Below are positions 1 through 13,464 of a stretch of 64,000 nucleotides of DNA, one piece after another; position 1 is the first letter of the stretch, and each line of letters starts with the position of its first letter. The position numbers and the translations under genes are program-made. Under the pieces are notes generated by a model, which did no database searches, had not been told where the DNA came from, and saw only the letters and a program-made list of their open reading frames with translations. This DNA is from Schmidtea nova (Eukaryota): positions 522,164,001 through 522,228,000 of the forward strand of contig CM097882.1 in assembly GCA_044892505.1 (NCBI GenBank), in the 5' to 3' direction.

Positions 1-1639
1 AGTTATGGTGTGAGTTAAGATAATAACTTAAAATAATTTCTGGGGAAATTTTACCAGAAAATTTGTGCAGATCTCTTCACAAATTTTTCAAAAATCAATA
101 AAAGATAAAAATAACGTATCTAATAAGATGCAAGTACTTGCTAAAAGGCAAAATTTAATAAAATATGATGAACATAACAAAGTTATAAAATTTCCGAATG
201 TTAGTAGCAAGGCTACCAAGCAAAAGATCCCAATATTTTATCTGAAAAGAAATGAAGATAAAAGAAATAGAAAATAAAAGATTTCAAAAATCTTTTAATT
301 TTTTTGAAGTTGTCTAGATTAATGCAAAAATAAAGTTAAATACACAGAGAATAGTGCATAAATCAATAAAACAGGGCAAAATTTATTAAAATTCAAAAAT
401 TAATAAATGAAATACAAAATTGATTAAAAACTGGGAAAAATTAACATTCCGAGAAAAACAGATATGAGATGATGCCAAACAATGACGAATACAAATATAA
501 TAATATAAAATCAAAACTGGTTCCCCAGAAAGTTATTTAAAATTCGAATTAATTAAGAAAAACAGGCCAATTTAATTAATATATGGAAACACCTAGCTAT
601 ACAAAATAATTCAAAAATTCAAAAAAATTTATAACTAAGGCCTGGCGGCAGCGTAACAACAATTAGATTATGTCACTGCTTTTCAAGGCAGGCGCACCTG
701 CATAAGTTATAACTATTCAATTTTAAATTATTATGAATAGAAAGAGAACCTTTAAAAGCCAAATAAATAAATTGAAAATTGTCACTTGGTCAAAAAACAA
801 AAACAAAGAGAAGCGTTAATTTGAATAAAAACGAAGGAATCGAGTGAGAGTAAAAACTATCAAAATTAATAAGTATCTAAAGGCCATCTGCCATTGTGTT
901 ACCTACATTACTAGTTGGTGAAATGTGCAGATGAGTTTTAAAAGTATATTGGCGATCTTGTAAAATTGTTTTGAAATTCAATAAATCTATTGTGTTGGAT
1001 CTTATAAAAATTTGCACAGAAAATACATGGAATCAGATTTCGATACCCTTTAAAACAAATATAACCAAACATTTTATACAATACAAAATAAGGTGTTACT
1101 TTCTTGGCATCCTGAATTCTTTTATTTTTAAGCTAATTATTCAGAACTTTGAAACTCACTGATTTATAGAAAGTTTACAAATTACGAAAATCAGTCTCTG
1201 CACTTTACAACAGAATAATCCTATAATATTGCTAAAACATATTTTGTGTTTAATTTGATTAACAAAAGAAAAACAAATGAGACACAAAAAATATATTCTT
1301 AAATTTCTGTAATAAATAATAAAATTTTCATAAAAACAAAATGTGAAATGTGAAAATCTGACTCAGAATTTGAATAAATAAAACGCCATTACCAACAAGA
1401 TACAAACAAATTCAATAATAGAAAATAATTTGACATCAAATGAAGTCATTTAGTTAAAATTTCTTTATTAATCTTATTTGATACAAAATCTAAAATTAGT
1501 ATCAATTAAACAATCGTAAATAAAAAATATGAATTAAATATTAGCTATGAAAACTTGCTATAAATGTATTAAAGTCAAAATTCTAATACAGCAACCCTTC
1601 CCATTCTACAGTGTGATTTTTATAAATATACGTGTTTTT

Positions 1640-1960
1640 ACCCACGATGTCTTCTGTCGAACTTTTAAGATCTACTATGATGGATGTGTGGCGGCACATT
1701 CAATTGATCAAAGTCATTCAAATGCACAGGTAGAATTTTTACCGCCCATTACCACCTCAATTCTACAGTCTCTCGACGAAGGAATAATAGCAATGCGAAA
1801 AGTTTTCTACATTAGCAAATCGTTCGAACTAATTTTGCAGAAAATTGACTGAACAAATATTCCAGTCACCAAAGTTTGGAAGCAATTCTCAATTTTACAA
1901 TGAATGGAAATAGTTGGGTTGTCACTTAACAAAATGCGTTGTTTAACATGTCGGAAACAT
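1640..1960 (+). pseudogene. pogo/Tigger (DDE_1) transposase remnant
   Basis: ORF 1547-1852 contains YDGCVAAH...VEFLPPITTSILQSLDEGII, matching the pogo-family 'lDNa.aH...FLPpNtTs.lQPlDqGiI' motif; stop follows; boundaries approximate. Confidence 0.75.
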
Positions 1961-2531
1961 TATTGTCAGACTTGGTCAGCCAAGAAGATATAGCTCAACC
2001 AATTCTGGATCAATATAAAACTTTAATAAACCTAACCTATCAAACAGGAGAAGGATTCAAGGAAATAACAATTAATGACAATATGTCATTAACATTCAAG
2101 TGTCAGAAGTAGTACAAAACTCCAATTTTGGATGAAATTTTTACCTTCCCCAACGCGACATTTTTCTGCAGTGTATTTATCGTGTTGTAGGAGTTTTCTT
2201 ATACTTTCAATATATTTCTGAATTTTCCATTGGTTAATAAATGATCCACACTCACAACTGAATGAATTACCAAAGAAAGATCCAATAAATATTTGTTACC
2301 TTTTTTGTGTAGTAGCTGGCGAGTATGTGCACCTTGAAAACAAGGCACAAATATAAATATATAACTGGGTTATTAAAATAGATCATGATCTAAAGATTAA
2401 TTAACAACAAAATAATAAAAAATGGTGCATTTTGAACCTTTTCGGTGACAAACGCATCAATTGTTTAAAGGCTTTCAAATATATTTTAGACTTGTACGTC
2501 TTTAACTTTTAACATGTCCATTAATAGCTAG

Positions 2532-3361
2532 TGTTGGGGTCATGCTTAGATAAGCATAAAATAAAAAGCACAAAAACTATGTGCAAATCAATAAAAAACA
2601 CAAAATCAAAAAAAGGATAATAATTGTTCAAAAATTAATTAACAATTTGAAAAAAATAAAAATAAAGATTTAACGGGGGAAATTGGTATATACGGATGGC
2701 GAATGTGGAGATGAGTACGAATGTGATAATAAAATATCAAAGTAGGATCCCAGAAAAAGATATTCAGTAAAAAGAAATTAATTAAAAATTTATGAATAAT
2801 TTATTAGTTATGTAGAAAACCCGAATCAAGGGGAAGCCCGAGTACATGGGAGATCCAGGCTAGTGGAGAGCCCGAGCAAAGGGGAAATCGAATTAACAAA
2901 AGCGCGGATCAAATAAATCAAATTAGAACAAATTCTAATAAGCAAAATTCCAATTACGGAAAGTCATAATCGAATTTGACCGCAAATTTGGAAAATATAA
3001 CCAATTTGTTGACAAATTAGTAAACTATAAAAGCGGCAAGAAAAACAGAAAATTGCCAGTTTGGTCGAAGAAAATTACCAGTGTCTAAAAGAGTGGGTAA
3101 GTGAAAAGTAGATTGTTGTAAAGACTCATTAGCCAATCAAGCGTATCAGAAAAGGCAATCTACCTTTGGTAGACCTAACCCTATCGCTTAGAAAAGAGTG
3201 CAGAAAGAGAGCGTAGAAACAATAAAGACTGTACTGATTTTAGTTGTTGTGAATTGTCAGATTTGAATAAATAAAATTTATTGTGTTGGGTCTCAGTTAT
3301 ATTGTGATTGAAGGAGCACGAGGAGTCAGAAACTAGACCTACTCAAATTAATAACTCAACA
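2532..3361 (+). mobile_element. Solo LTR (~830 bp, TG...CA) with 4-bp TSD CTAG
   Basis: Starts TGTTGGGG and ends CTCAACA; CTAG on both flanks (2528-2531, 3362-3365); collinear with the copy at 44843-45688. Confidence 0.9.
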
Positions 3362-3519
3362 CTAGTATGAATTTGTTAGGGATATTTTGAGTTAGTTATT
3401 TCGTGTAAAATAGAAATACTTTAAATTTATGAGGTCAAATTTTATTTTTGAAATTTAAACAGTCTGGTCTAAATTAATTTTTTTTGAAAAAAAGAATGAT
3501 GGACAGGATTGAATATAAA

Positions 3520-4343
3520 GACTACTTATGTCAAGAAAGATGCCTGAAATGGTTTCTTGAAATCTAAGAAGTGCATAGAAGAATCAGTAGGTAGCAGAAA
3601 GTCGGGTAAGTCATCTTCGAAGTTAGATTTTAAAGGGTTAACATACACATGTTTAATTATAATATCATTTTGACGCCTGCCATTAATTCTTGTAATTTGA
3701 TTAATACGACGCTAAACAACTTCTGGAATTCCTACCGACTTGATTTCAGTATAGAATATCGAATGTAATAAACACAGCTAACAATTTATCAACCATTTAC
3801 TGTGGAAATTAAATCGGAAACCAGCTGGATAGCTTAAATAATCAACACAGTTTTAAAATGTGATTGTAGGAATGCTAAAAACAAATAAGATTTTATTAAT
3901 AGAAATTGATCTCCAATTGACAAGTTGATCTTTGGCAACCGGAAATCCTGACCGATGATAACAAGAGTTGAAATGAGCAAGCTCCATGACAGTCCGTATT
4001 GATTGATTTCTGGTGATGGCGAATAATCGTTTAATCGAGATTGATTGTGATCCAATGTATTGATTTGTAGATTTTTTGAGTTATACATTTCAGATTTGTC
4101 TGGATAGTAGATTAATATTGATCCAGTTGATGACAAGCATCTTCCAGTTTGTACGGCTTCTTTACGCACTCCAGCAACGAAACATTTCTGCAATCTACGG
4201 AACTGGCAATTGTTTCTTTTTTGAATATCGACTACACAATCTCCACTAGAGTAGAACTGATAATTGTTGTCATTTGATGAAAACGAGTTGCTGTGAATGT
4301 CTTGAGTGAATTGGCATATCGAATCATTGTTAACAGCTTGCAT
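3520..4343 (-). pseudogene. Degraded nuclear hormone receptor (NR2-like) sequence: second zinc finger/T-box plus partial LBD
   Basis: SGDCVVDIQKRNNCQFRRLQKCFVAGVRKEAVQTGR resembles the NR2 DBD C-terminal finger with one Cys replaced by Arg; LSIGDQFLLIKS resembles the LBD 'L...DQ..LL' signature; the downstream LBD-like segment (TYPTFCYLLILL) is broken by stops; first finger absent. Confidence 0.7.
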
Positions 4344-5592
4344 TTTTTTTGATTAGCGTGAAAAAGTGAAAATATGTAAATATTAAAACAACATCTAATT
4401 TAATCCATTTAATAATTAATTAATTTAAAAGATTGAAAATTTTATCTAAGGCACTACAGTGATTACCATCATTTTGGCGACAACAAATTAACCACAACAA
4501 AATTTGTTAAAAATTGAGCATATGGTGTTCGTTATGTTATGGTGACTTTTTTATTTGTTTGTTTGTTTGAAGTTGATGGAGAAAGAAGAATGCATAGGTC
4601 GTGCATGGAGTTTTGTGACAACTCTTCTAAAATTTTTTAAAGAAAATTTCTTCATGAAATTTTCATTTTGTCATTATATTATAAATAATATAAGAGTTCA
4701 AACTACATATATCCAACAACATGTAGAAGATATTAATGACCAATTTTAAAAATTTCAAAATAATATATTAAAATAGTTAAATTTTATCATTCAATTCAAT
4801 CTATACAACAAGGAACATATTCAAACTATTTTAAAACATTTAAAATACACGGCTTAACAGACTTCTAGACAATAATTGTTGGATTCAAAATTCTTATCAA
4901 CAACGTTTCACATATAATGCGTTTATATTGATTATTAAGAATTTTTGATAAGATGTTAAAATATTTCTTATAGCTTTTATAATGATCATTATTATAATAA
5001 AAATATTTTTATGTTATTCTATTCATTTGATGTAATGATAGTAATGATAGTAATTATAGTCATCTGTTTAAAAAATTTTGAAATGATTTTTTAGAGCTGT
5101 TTTCTAATGATGCAATTACAAGAATAGCTAGTCAACGTCTTCATAGCTACTCTTGCACTCTTACAAAACAGTTGATATTTATCCAGTTGTTTGTGACTGC
5201 CTGAGGTGATGAGAACGTGATAAGTGTTCATCGATTTCAGAGGAAACCATGTGAGTTCCAAGTCAATCTCTGTCATGGAGAGAAACAAGGTAGAACCATA
5301 TAGACGAGACTGATGTAAATATCGCTCTAGGAAAAGAATTAGTGGAGAATGATCCATATACGTTCATGTAAGACATGTATGACACATAAAACTACATAAA
5401 ATTTGTCCCATTATATTTTTGTGAAATATTGTAATCACGTGATAATTTATTCACACAAATAGCGCTCTATTCTAAATTCAATTTACCATAAGCAGAAAAT
5501 TTTACACACTGCCTGATACATATCCATATCCTTAGTAGTGGTATTTTGTCATAATCGCAAGATAACACGCAAAATTGAAATTAAATACATTC

Positions 5593-5594
<2 letters not shown>

Positions 5595-5671
<77 letters not shown>
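5595..5671. repeat. (TA)n microsatellite
   Basis: Perfect TA run abutting the 5' LTR of Gypsy element A. Confidence 0.98.
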
Positions 5672-5673
<2 letters not shown>

Positions 5674-8600
5674 TTATGAAATGTGTCATTGAAATATTTC
5701 ATTGTTTTGAAATAAAATTTATATTATGATTGAAAATACTTTTATTGGCGACCACGCAAAGGTGGAAACAATTCAAGCAGTTACAAGGCAACAACGGAAA
5801 CTCATCTTAGAGTCACTTCCGAAACAAGCACCAGATATCCTGAATTTTAATGTCAGAAATTCAATGGAAGAAATACAGCAGAAGCAGAACTGTGGATGAA
5901 AGATATCGAAGATTGGCTTATGATGAACGAGTTGAGTCTAGTAAGCATTTTTGATTTATTATTGTCAGAAGAAGCTGGTATATAATGTAAGGATTATAAA
6001 ATTCCAAATATTACCGATAAAGAGGCAAAAGAATGGTCCAGTGACACATTCACAAAGAAAAAGTCGATCACTGATAGAATATGTGATTTAGCAAGAGTTG
6101 AACAAGAAAAAAACGAAAGATTTGCAACTTTTGAAATTAGAGTAAAAAAATTACTTGATGATATTTTAGATTGTGGATTATCCAGAGAAGAAATTGTGAG
6201 AAATATTGTTACCGATAGGGTACACAATGAACGGTTAAAGGAGAATTTTGTTTCTAATGACAAAATGTCAAGAGAAGAAATGCGAACAATAGCAAAGGTA
6301 TTTGAATCAAACGATATCACGGAAAGAAACGTGCGATATGAAGAAATTCAAGCAGTGGATAGAAGGTCATATGCAAATGCGGTTCGAGAACGAAATACTC
6401 AGTGGGAGCATAAAAACAAACCAAAAGCAATAGTTCAAAATAACAGAGTATTTGAACCAAACTATCAGCGCAATATAACATATCAAGATAAGTAATTTAA
6501 TAGTAGTAAACCTATATCAGAAGATCAGAGAGACAGAAAAACGAATGAATATGAAGAAAGAAGACAATTACCAACCGTATCGATGAAGCATATTGCAAGG
6601 AGACTTTATAATAGATGTTGTGGATTACCAGAGCCGAAAGAAGAGAAGTTGAAACCAGGCCAGTGTTTCTGTTGCGGCGAGAGCAATCATTTACGATTTC
6701 AGTGTCCTTTGAAAGATAGATGCTTGATTTGTGGCAAAACCGGACACACGTTTAGAGACTGCCATGTGATTAAGAAGAATTTCGAAAGGAAACAACACCA
6801 AGTATATTTTATACACGATGAAGAACAAGATGATTCAGAAATAATCAATGAACCTCTTTTACATGATGTAGAGTATCAAAAACCAACGCGACCCTGTCGT
6901 ACACATTTCGTCGGTGGGGTCGAGTCAATAGGACAATCAAGAAATCGAAATGGAGTTATGAAGGATGTGATGTATATGAAGGAAGATGGTAGGAATTGGA
7001 GTAGAATTATTCTAAATGAAGTAGAAGTTGATATGTTGTGGGATTTTGGTGCGTCAATTAGCGTAATAAGTGAAGATTATTGGAAACGTATTGGCTGTCC
7101 ACCACTGCTAAGTAGCAAAATAGTTTTGAGTGGTGTATTTTCGAAAGAAAACGAAATGCCATTAGGAAGTATAAAGGTTAATGCGAAATGGAACAAAAAG
7201 TCTAAAATCTTAATATTGTTGTTGTGAAGAAGATATGTCCAGATTTCATAGGCGGTGTTGACACCATGAAGCAGTTCGGTCTAGAATTGAAAGAGGTAAA
7301 TAATATTGAAGCTTCGTTAATAAAAAAAACATTCACAAATGAAGAGAGAAGAGATAAGGCTCTACAATATATTAAATGCGAGAATAATTCATCACTAGGT
7401 AAAAATTATTTCAGACTTTACCGATATTTTCATGGCAACGCGATTCGATCTTGGCCATACACGTTTAATAGAACACGAAATAAAAACAATAGTACCTCCG
7501 ATATTACAGAATCCACGCAGACAACCAAAGCACTTAGAAACGAAAATTGACGAATTAGTATCACACTTATTGGAGGCAGGCGTTATTAGAAGATGCCAGA
7601 GTTCTTGGAATTCACCTTTAGTGATTGTTGGAAAGAAGGATGGTTTGATCCGCATGTGTTTGGATTTTCGAAGATTGAATTCAGTAACGGAAAATTTTCG
7701 TTTCCAATGCCCGATATGCAGTTATTATTGGATTGTTTAAGTAAGTCAAAGATATTTACAGCAATTGATCTAGGACAAGCATACTACCAAGTCGAATTGC
7801 AGAAGGATTCACAAAATAAGACGGCGTTTAGTACTAAGGAAGGACAATTCTGTTTTAATCGACAACTATTTGGATTATCGACGGCATCAGCAACTTTTCA
7901 AAGATTAATGCATAAAATACTGGAAGGGCTTATTTTCAAAGGAGTTGTTGTATATCTGGATGATATACTAGTTTACGCAGAAAATCAAATTGATCACGAT
8001 AAACTGTTGTTGGAGGTATTAACACGGATAAGAAACACAGGTTTGAGAATTAACCCGGAAAAGTGCTCGTTCAATAAGGCGGAAATCAACTTTATTGGCC
8101 ATACAGTCAGTGGTGAAGGTGTTCAAACAAATAAAAAAAGCGAAATTGAAAATGCAGCAGTACCAGAATGTGTATCACAACTCAGGGCGTGTTTAGGACT
8201 CACAAACTATTACCGTCGATTTATAAAAAATTATGCAAAGATTGCAGCACCGTTATACGCAGTAACATCAGGGGGTGAAAAGAAAGTTATATGGTCAGAA
8301 GAATGTAACATTAGTTTTAATAACTTAAAGAAGGCGTTATGTGAAGCACTGATTTTAGAATTTCCGAGATCAGATCGAAAGTTTATCATTGATACTGATG
8401 CAAGTTTTGGAGCTGTAGGAGCAGTATTAAGCCAGAGAAATGAAGAAGGCAGGGAAGTCGTATAGCATACGCATCAAGACATCTGACGACTCACAAAAAT
8501 GGGTTATTGTGTAACAAGAAAAGAATTATTAGCACTCCATGAGTTCATTGAATTCATTGAATTCGTCGCAAGAACCGACCACAAAGCTTTAACGTTCATG

Positions 8601-10135
8601 AAGGACACAAAGAAGCCAATTAGCCCTCAATTTCAAACTTGGATGGCTAATTTGTCAGAGGATAATTTCGAGTTACAGTACAGAAAAGGAGAAGATCATG
8701 GAAATGCTGATGGCTTATCTAGAATAAAAAATAACTCGTGTAGTCAATGCCAAACGAAACATAATGACGCAAAAGAAAAAAAATCGAAGATAAGATATAT
8801 AAATAGTTTACAAGAAAATCCAAATATTTTAGAAATTATCAGAGTTAAGCAAATGGAAGACGCAAATTTAAGAGAACTTATAAAATATTTGAAAGATGAG
8901 ATTGGTCAGGTTCAAAACTTTGTGGAACAAAGTTATTTTTTCAAACATATAAAAGAACTGCCGATAAACGAAGGGTTGTTATCAATTGAAATATCTAACA
9001 AAATAGTTGTTATAGTTCCAGAGAATTACACGGAAACTTTGGTTAATTTTATGCATAAGGAATTATGTCATTTAGGTAGCAAGAAAACGGGAAGTTATAT
9101 GAAAGATTTTTTTTATTGGCCTAATATGAATCAGGATATCAAAGAGATTATCAATAAATGCCAAATTTGTGCCAAGAGGAAAATAGAACAAGGAAGAACA
9201 AAGGAGATTTTATTACCAAGAACAGGGGAACAATTCCTTCAGCAGATCGTTGTTGACGTTGCGTATATGGAAAAGACGAAAGGGAATAAGAAATATGTGA
9301 TTGTAATTATAGATAGATTTAGTAAACTTGTGAGTTTAACGGCAACTTCAAAACAAGACGAAAACACAATCGTTAATGTAATTTTGAATAACTGAATATA
9401 CCGATATGGAAAACCAGAAAGCATACTGACAGATAGAGGTCGGGTTTTTGAAGGAAGAGTAATTCGAGAATGGATGAACAAGTTTGGGATAAAGCAAGAG
9501 TTTAGTTCACCTTACCAACATCAATCTAATGGTTTGGCAGAACGTATTAAGAACAGTTAGAGATATGATAAGTACATCTTTGAAAGGAGAACGTAATGAG
9601 AATAACTGGGCCGAGATATTACCTAGAATTGAATTTTGTCTCAATGCGACGAAACAAAGTACAACAAATTTCTCACCTTTTGAAATAGTCTACGGTAGGA
9701 AAATTAATTTGTTTTCTAGTCCAGGATATGTACAGCAAAGGAAAGATGAGGTACTACATACGACAAAATCAAATTTAGATAAAGCCGTTACTTCTATGCA
9801 AGAAAGAGACATAAACAAACGAGAAACAAGGCTCTTCAAGGTTGGAGAGAGAGTATTAATAAGAATTGAGCCAAACAAACAAAAAAAAATGGCGAACAGT
9901 ACGAAGGACCTTTTGAAATTTTAAAATTCCTGTCACCAAGACAAGTAGCACTACAATTCCAAAACTCAGTAAAGACGAGACGAATCGAATGGTTGAAGAG
10001 ATGGAAATCAAATTGAAGAGGGGAAAGTTATGAAATGTGTCAATATTAAAATAATAATATTGTTTTAATATTAACTTTTAAAAAGATAGTTAAGCATTGT
10101 TTTGAAATATAATTTATATTATGATTGAAATAAAA
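5672..10135 (+). mobile_element. Gypsy LTR retrotransposon A (short AGTT-starting LTRs, disrupted gag-pol)
   Basis: LTR-like repeats at 5672-5745 and 10026-~10135 (AGTTATGAAATGTGTCA...ATTATGATTGAAA); PBS TGGCGACCACG at 5746; PPT GAAGAGGGGAA just before 10026; the right end of the 3' LTR is approximate. Confidence 0.9.
5780..10016 (+). pseudogene. gag-pro-pol of Gypsy A, multiple frameshifts and stops
   Basis: Two CCHC knuckles (CFCCGESNHLRFQC, CLICGKTGHTFRDC); protease-like LWDFGAS; RT YLDD; RNase H DTDAS; integrase HKELCHLG...CQIC and DRFSK; split over at least 6 ORFs. Confidence 0.9.
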
Positions 10136-10328
10136 TAAAATTAATTTAGCATAAAATTATTTTAGACTATTTCCAATCAAATCATGATAATATAACATAA
10201 ATGTGACGTACTAATTGTTTGCTTATAACATATTAAACTTGAAAATAGTGTAACAGGAAAAGGGTTAGGAAAACTTTTTCTTTTTTCACTGAAAGTTTGT
10301 AAATGTTTGAAATCAAAGATATTCAGAC

Positions 10329-12497
10329 CAGGGACGTAGCCAGGGAAGCCTAAGATTCATTTCCCTCTTTCCCCGATAGATTATAGTTTATAAAATATAA
10401 TATAAGGACTTGTAGCCTATTCATGGGATGAAACATTTATATAAAACTTTTTAATTAAAACTTTTCTTAGTTCTATTAAAAATATATATTCAATTTTTAT
10501 TCAGATCAGAGTCAGCAAATGTAAACAAATGCATATGATATTCATGTGCAAAAGTAAACCAAGTTTTGTTCACAAATAGTAGTAAAACGCAATGAATCCT
10601 TGTATGAATAAATCAGAATCGAATCCATTACAAAATATACAAATAGAACAGTTGCAAGCAGACGGTATATCAGGCTCTCCGAGATATTTACATTTGGTCT
10701 GCGTCAGTTTTGAATAAAATGTATTTCAGTGCAATAGTTTTATTATTATATATTCAATAAAATGCTTAATAATCATTTAAATATTTGCAACAGTAAGTAC
10801 TATTATTCTTTCATTTTGTCGTCTCTCTAATTTTATTTAGAAAGATGAACAACATAAAAAAGGCAAATCAACATCAAACATTTTTGATGGGTTTTCTTAC
10901 TAAAAGAACTGCCGTTTCGAGTGAATCTTTGAATAAAAGCAGGTCATATTTATGAAAATTTATTAAATTATCAGATAGAAGAAAAAGAGACTCAAAATGT
11001 TAAGTTCACAAAACCGCTTATTTTTAGTCGAGATATTGGAATGTATGTAAAAATCACTACAAAAAAGACAGTATGCGAAGTTTTCTCATTCGCTAAATCT
11101 AGCAATATTAATCCAATTCTTCAATACGTAACTGTATGGGATTTTTTGAAACTTGATAGATTTTTTTAAATTCTTCCAAAAGACTGGCCCTACTTTCAAA
11201 ACCAATAGGTATATTAATCCATGAAAGTAAATTATAGGCTTAAAAACATAAAAAATACAATGAATGAAAAAAGGTTAATTGGGTAACTTTGTCATATATT
11301 CATCAAAATATTAAAATAAATCCAAATGAAATATTATCTGAATTAATGAAAAAGCAAAAATTAATTAATATTTTATTTTAATATATTCTATGTAATATAC
11401 AATGTTAATAATTAATAATAAATCCTATCAATATCTTGTAAGAAATTCTTTTTGTTAGGTTATTGGGCTATTAGTGAGATATAAATTTACCAATTAATTA
11501 TCCGACTCCAAACGTACTTTATTTGACCCATAAAATAACAATTTCAGACAATAACTTTTATTGATTATTACCAATGTCTATAGAGATTATAATGACACGA
11601 CCAATTCAATACATACATAAGTTACAGTGCTTATTACGACACTTCATGGAGAATAGCATTAGCGTATAATGCCTAAATTAAAACGATCACAGAATACTGA
11701 CTTGGATCCAATAATTGGCAAATTGATATGATTGTTTTCTTGCTTTGACTCGGTAATGTGCTCGATAAACTTCGATTGTTTTTCTTACTCAATTAATCCT
11801 TGTTTTGCTACGTTTAATTTTTTCTTTTCAAATTTTCCTTTGATTCCACGTTTTACAATAATACAACTCTATTTGCTTTATCGGTTTCGTTTAGCACAAT
11901 TTAATTTCTCCAATCTCTATAATTTTCTTATCTAAGTTTTTCTTCTCTAATTTTAATTTCTCCAATCTAAATTCTAATTCATCTCCTGTGGTTTTTCCCT
12001 TTCATAGTCTTTCATTCTCTTGTACACAAGATTATTCTTGCTTCTTGCTTCTTGCCCACAGCACACCTCATATCTCATTATGGCTTCATAATATCTATGA
12101 CAGCGGTCGAGATATACGATTTTTGATTATTTCCCTTTTTACGTTTCTCGATTCTTCCGGTTACATTTTAGTTATCTCAGACAAGTTGTCAAAATTTGAA
12201 CCTTTCTCTTGTTTATTTTTTACAATTTTGGAATTCCCTTTTGCCTTTTGTACTTGTTAATTAACAATGATCTTTTTTACTTTATTGTTTGACTTTCTCA
12301 ATTTTGAATATTATTTTCTGATTTATTTATTTATTTTTCACTTCTTCTTCTCCGAATTCCCGAACATGACACCTTTAGCTCCATCAATTTACTCTCCAAT
12401 CACATTTTCTTGTCAACTGTTAACATTGCTTGATGAAATACAATAATTAATATTTTTGCCCCTCCCCACTCACGTTGAAATCCTGGCTACGTCTCTG
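10329..12497. mobile_element. Non-autonomous hAT-type DNA transposon (2.2 kb)
   Basis: TIRs CAGGGACGTAGCCAGG and CCTGGCTACGTCTCTG; 8-bp TSD ATTCAGAC/ATTCAGAG (7 of 8 match); interior degenerate. Confidence 0.8.
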
Positions 12498-12943
12498 ATT
12501 CAGAGGGTTACAACAGTACATGATATATAGTCTTTTGTTATTGACTACGAAAGGATTAAATAATGTGATAAATCAATCAAAAATCTATTAATCTATAATA
12601 TAACATGAATTCTACATATCAAAGCCCTAAAAATGCACTAATTGGCCAAAATATGATCATTAGAAAAATCACATTGCTAGATACTGACAGAAATTATTAC
12701 TAAAAATAATATTTAGGATAATAATAACACCATAAATACAAAAATTACCGAATACTCTTAGTAAGGAATGTAATCAGTTTAAAACAAATGTTTTTCAAAA
12801 TATTTTTTAACCTATTATTCAATAAATTATAATAAATTTAGGGACTTACAACATAAAATTGGGAAATTTCAGGGAAATAATGGGTAGGTTATAACCAACA
12901 CAAGCATTCAATTAGATAGCATTTCTTTATTCATTATTACTAA

Positions 12944-13039
12944 TCAGATATCTTGAACCGTGTATTTTCGGGGATCAATTTTGTTGTGGTGGTTCAGTAG
13001 GCTGTCGAAATGATGAAAATTAAATTTTTGCACAAGTTC
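12944..13039 (-). CDS. GLS: Glutaminase, terminal coding exon (ELVQKFNFHHFDSLLNHHNKIDPRKYTVQDI*)
   Basis: AG acceptor at 13041-13040, phase 0; FNFH.FD.L...K.DPR matches the glutaminase C-terminal core; TGA at 12946-12944. Confidence 0.9.
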   Translation of the reverse strand, partial: ELVQKFNFHHFDSLLNHHNKIDPRKYTVQDI

Positions 13040-13087
13040 CTATTTATAAAAGATGAACAAAAATCATTGGCAACACCGCAAAATTAC

Positions 13088-13219
13088 CATACAAAATTGA
13101 AGAGAACGGGATGAATTTCCCTGTTTGTCAAGTGGCGGCGACCATAAACCAATTCCCATAACATTAGGAATTACCAGTAAGCAGCTGCCCGAAACTCCAG
13201 ATTTGCAAGGTAACCCACA
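13088..13219 (-). CDS. GLS: Glutaminase exon (CGLPCKSGVSGSCLLVIPNVMGIGLWSPPLDKQGNSSRSLQFCM)
   Basis: AG/GT bounded, 132 nt, phase 0/0; matches the GLPAKSGV.G...LVVPNVMG...WSPPLDK.GNS signature. Confidence 0.95.
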
Positions 13220-13431
13220 CTGAAAAATTATATAAATAGTTGAAACAAATTTATTGTCTAGACAAATCCGCTTATTATCCGAATAATGTATGCTTCATGG
13301 TTTTTAATAAGAAATAAAAATATAATTAATTTGGGGTCATTAATATCATCCAATATTGATAATTAAATAAATTATTAATATCAATAATTCCCATATTGGA
13401 TGACTACAGATCAAAATTTCTTTAAATAAGT

Positions 13432-13464
13432 ACACAATATTTCGGCACAGCCTTTATCAAGTGT
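13432..13464 (-). ncRNA. Putative minimal type I hammerhead ribozyme (intact copy)
   Basis: Reverse complement reads ACAC-UUGAUAA-A-GGC(UGU)GCC-GAAA-UA-UU-GUGU; it is the left arm of a palindromic repeat whose right arm (13470-13495) is mutated. Confidence 0.65.

Noticed and set aside
1-720. A-rich tract that might be the 3' end of a LINE, with a small GCAGG/CCTGC hairpin
   Set aside because: No RT or endonuclease motif is recoverable.
5091-5357. 88-aa minus-strand ORF with an acceptor-like TTTTCCTAG, considered as an ankyrin exon of glutaminase or the first finger of the nuclear receptor
   Set aside because: No ankyrin or C4 finger motif is convincing in any frame.
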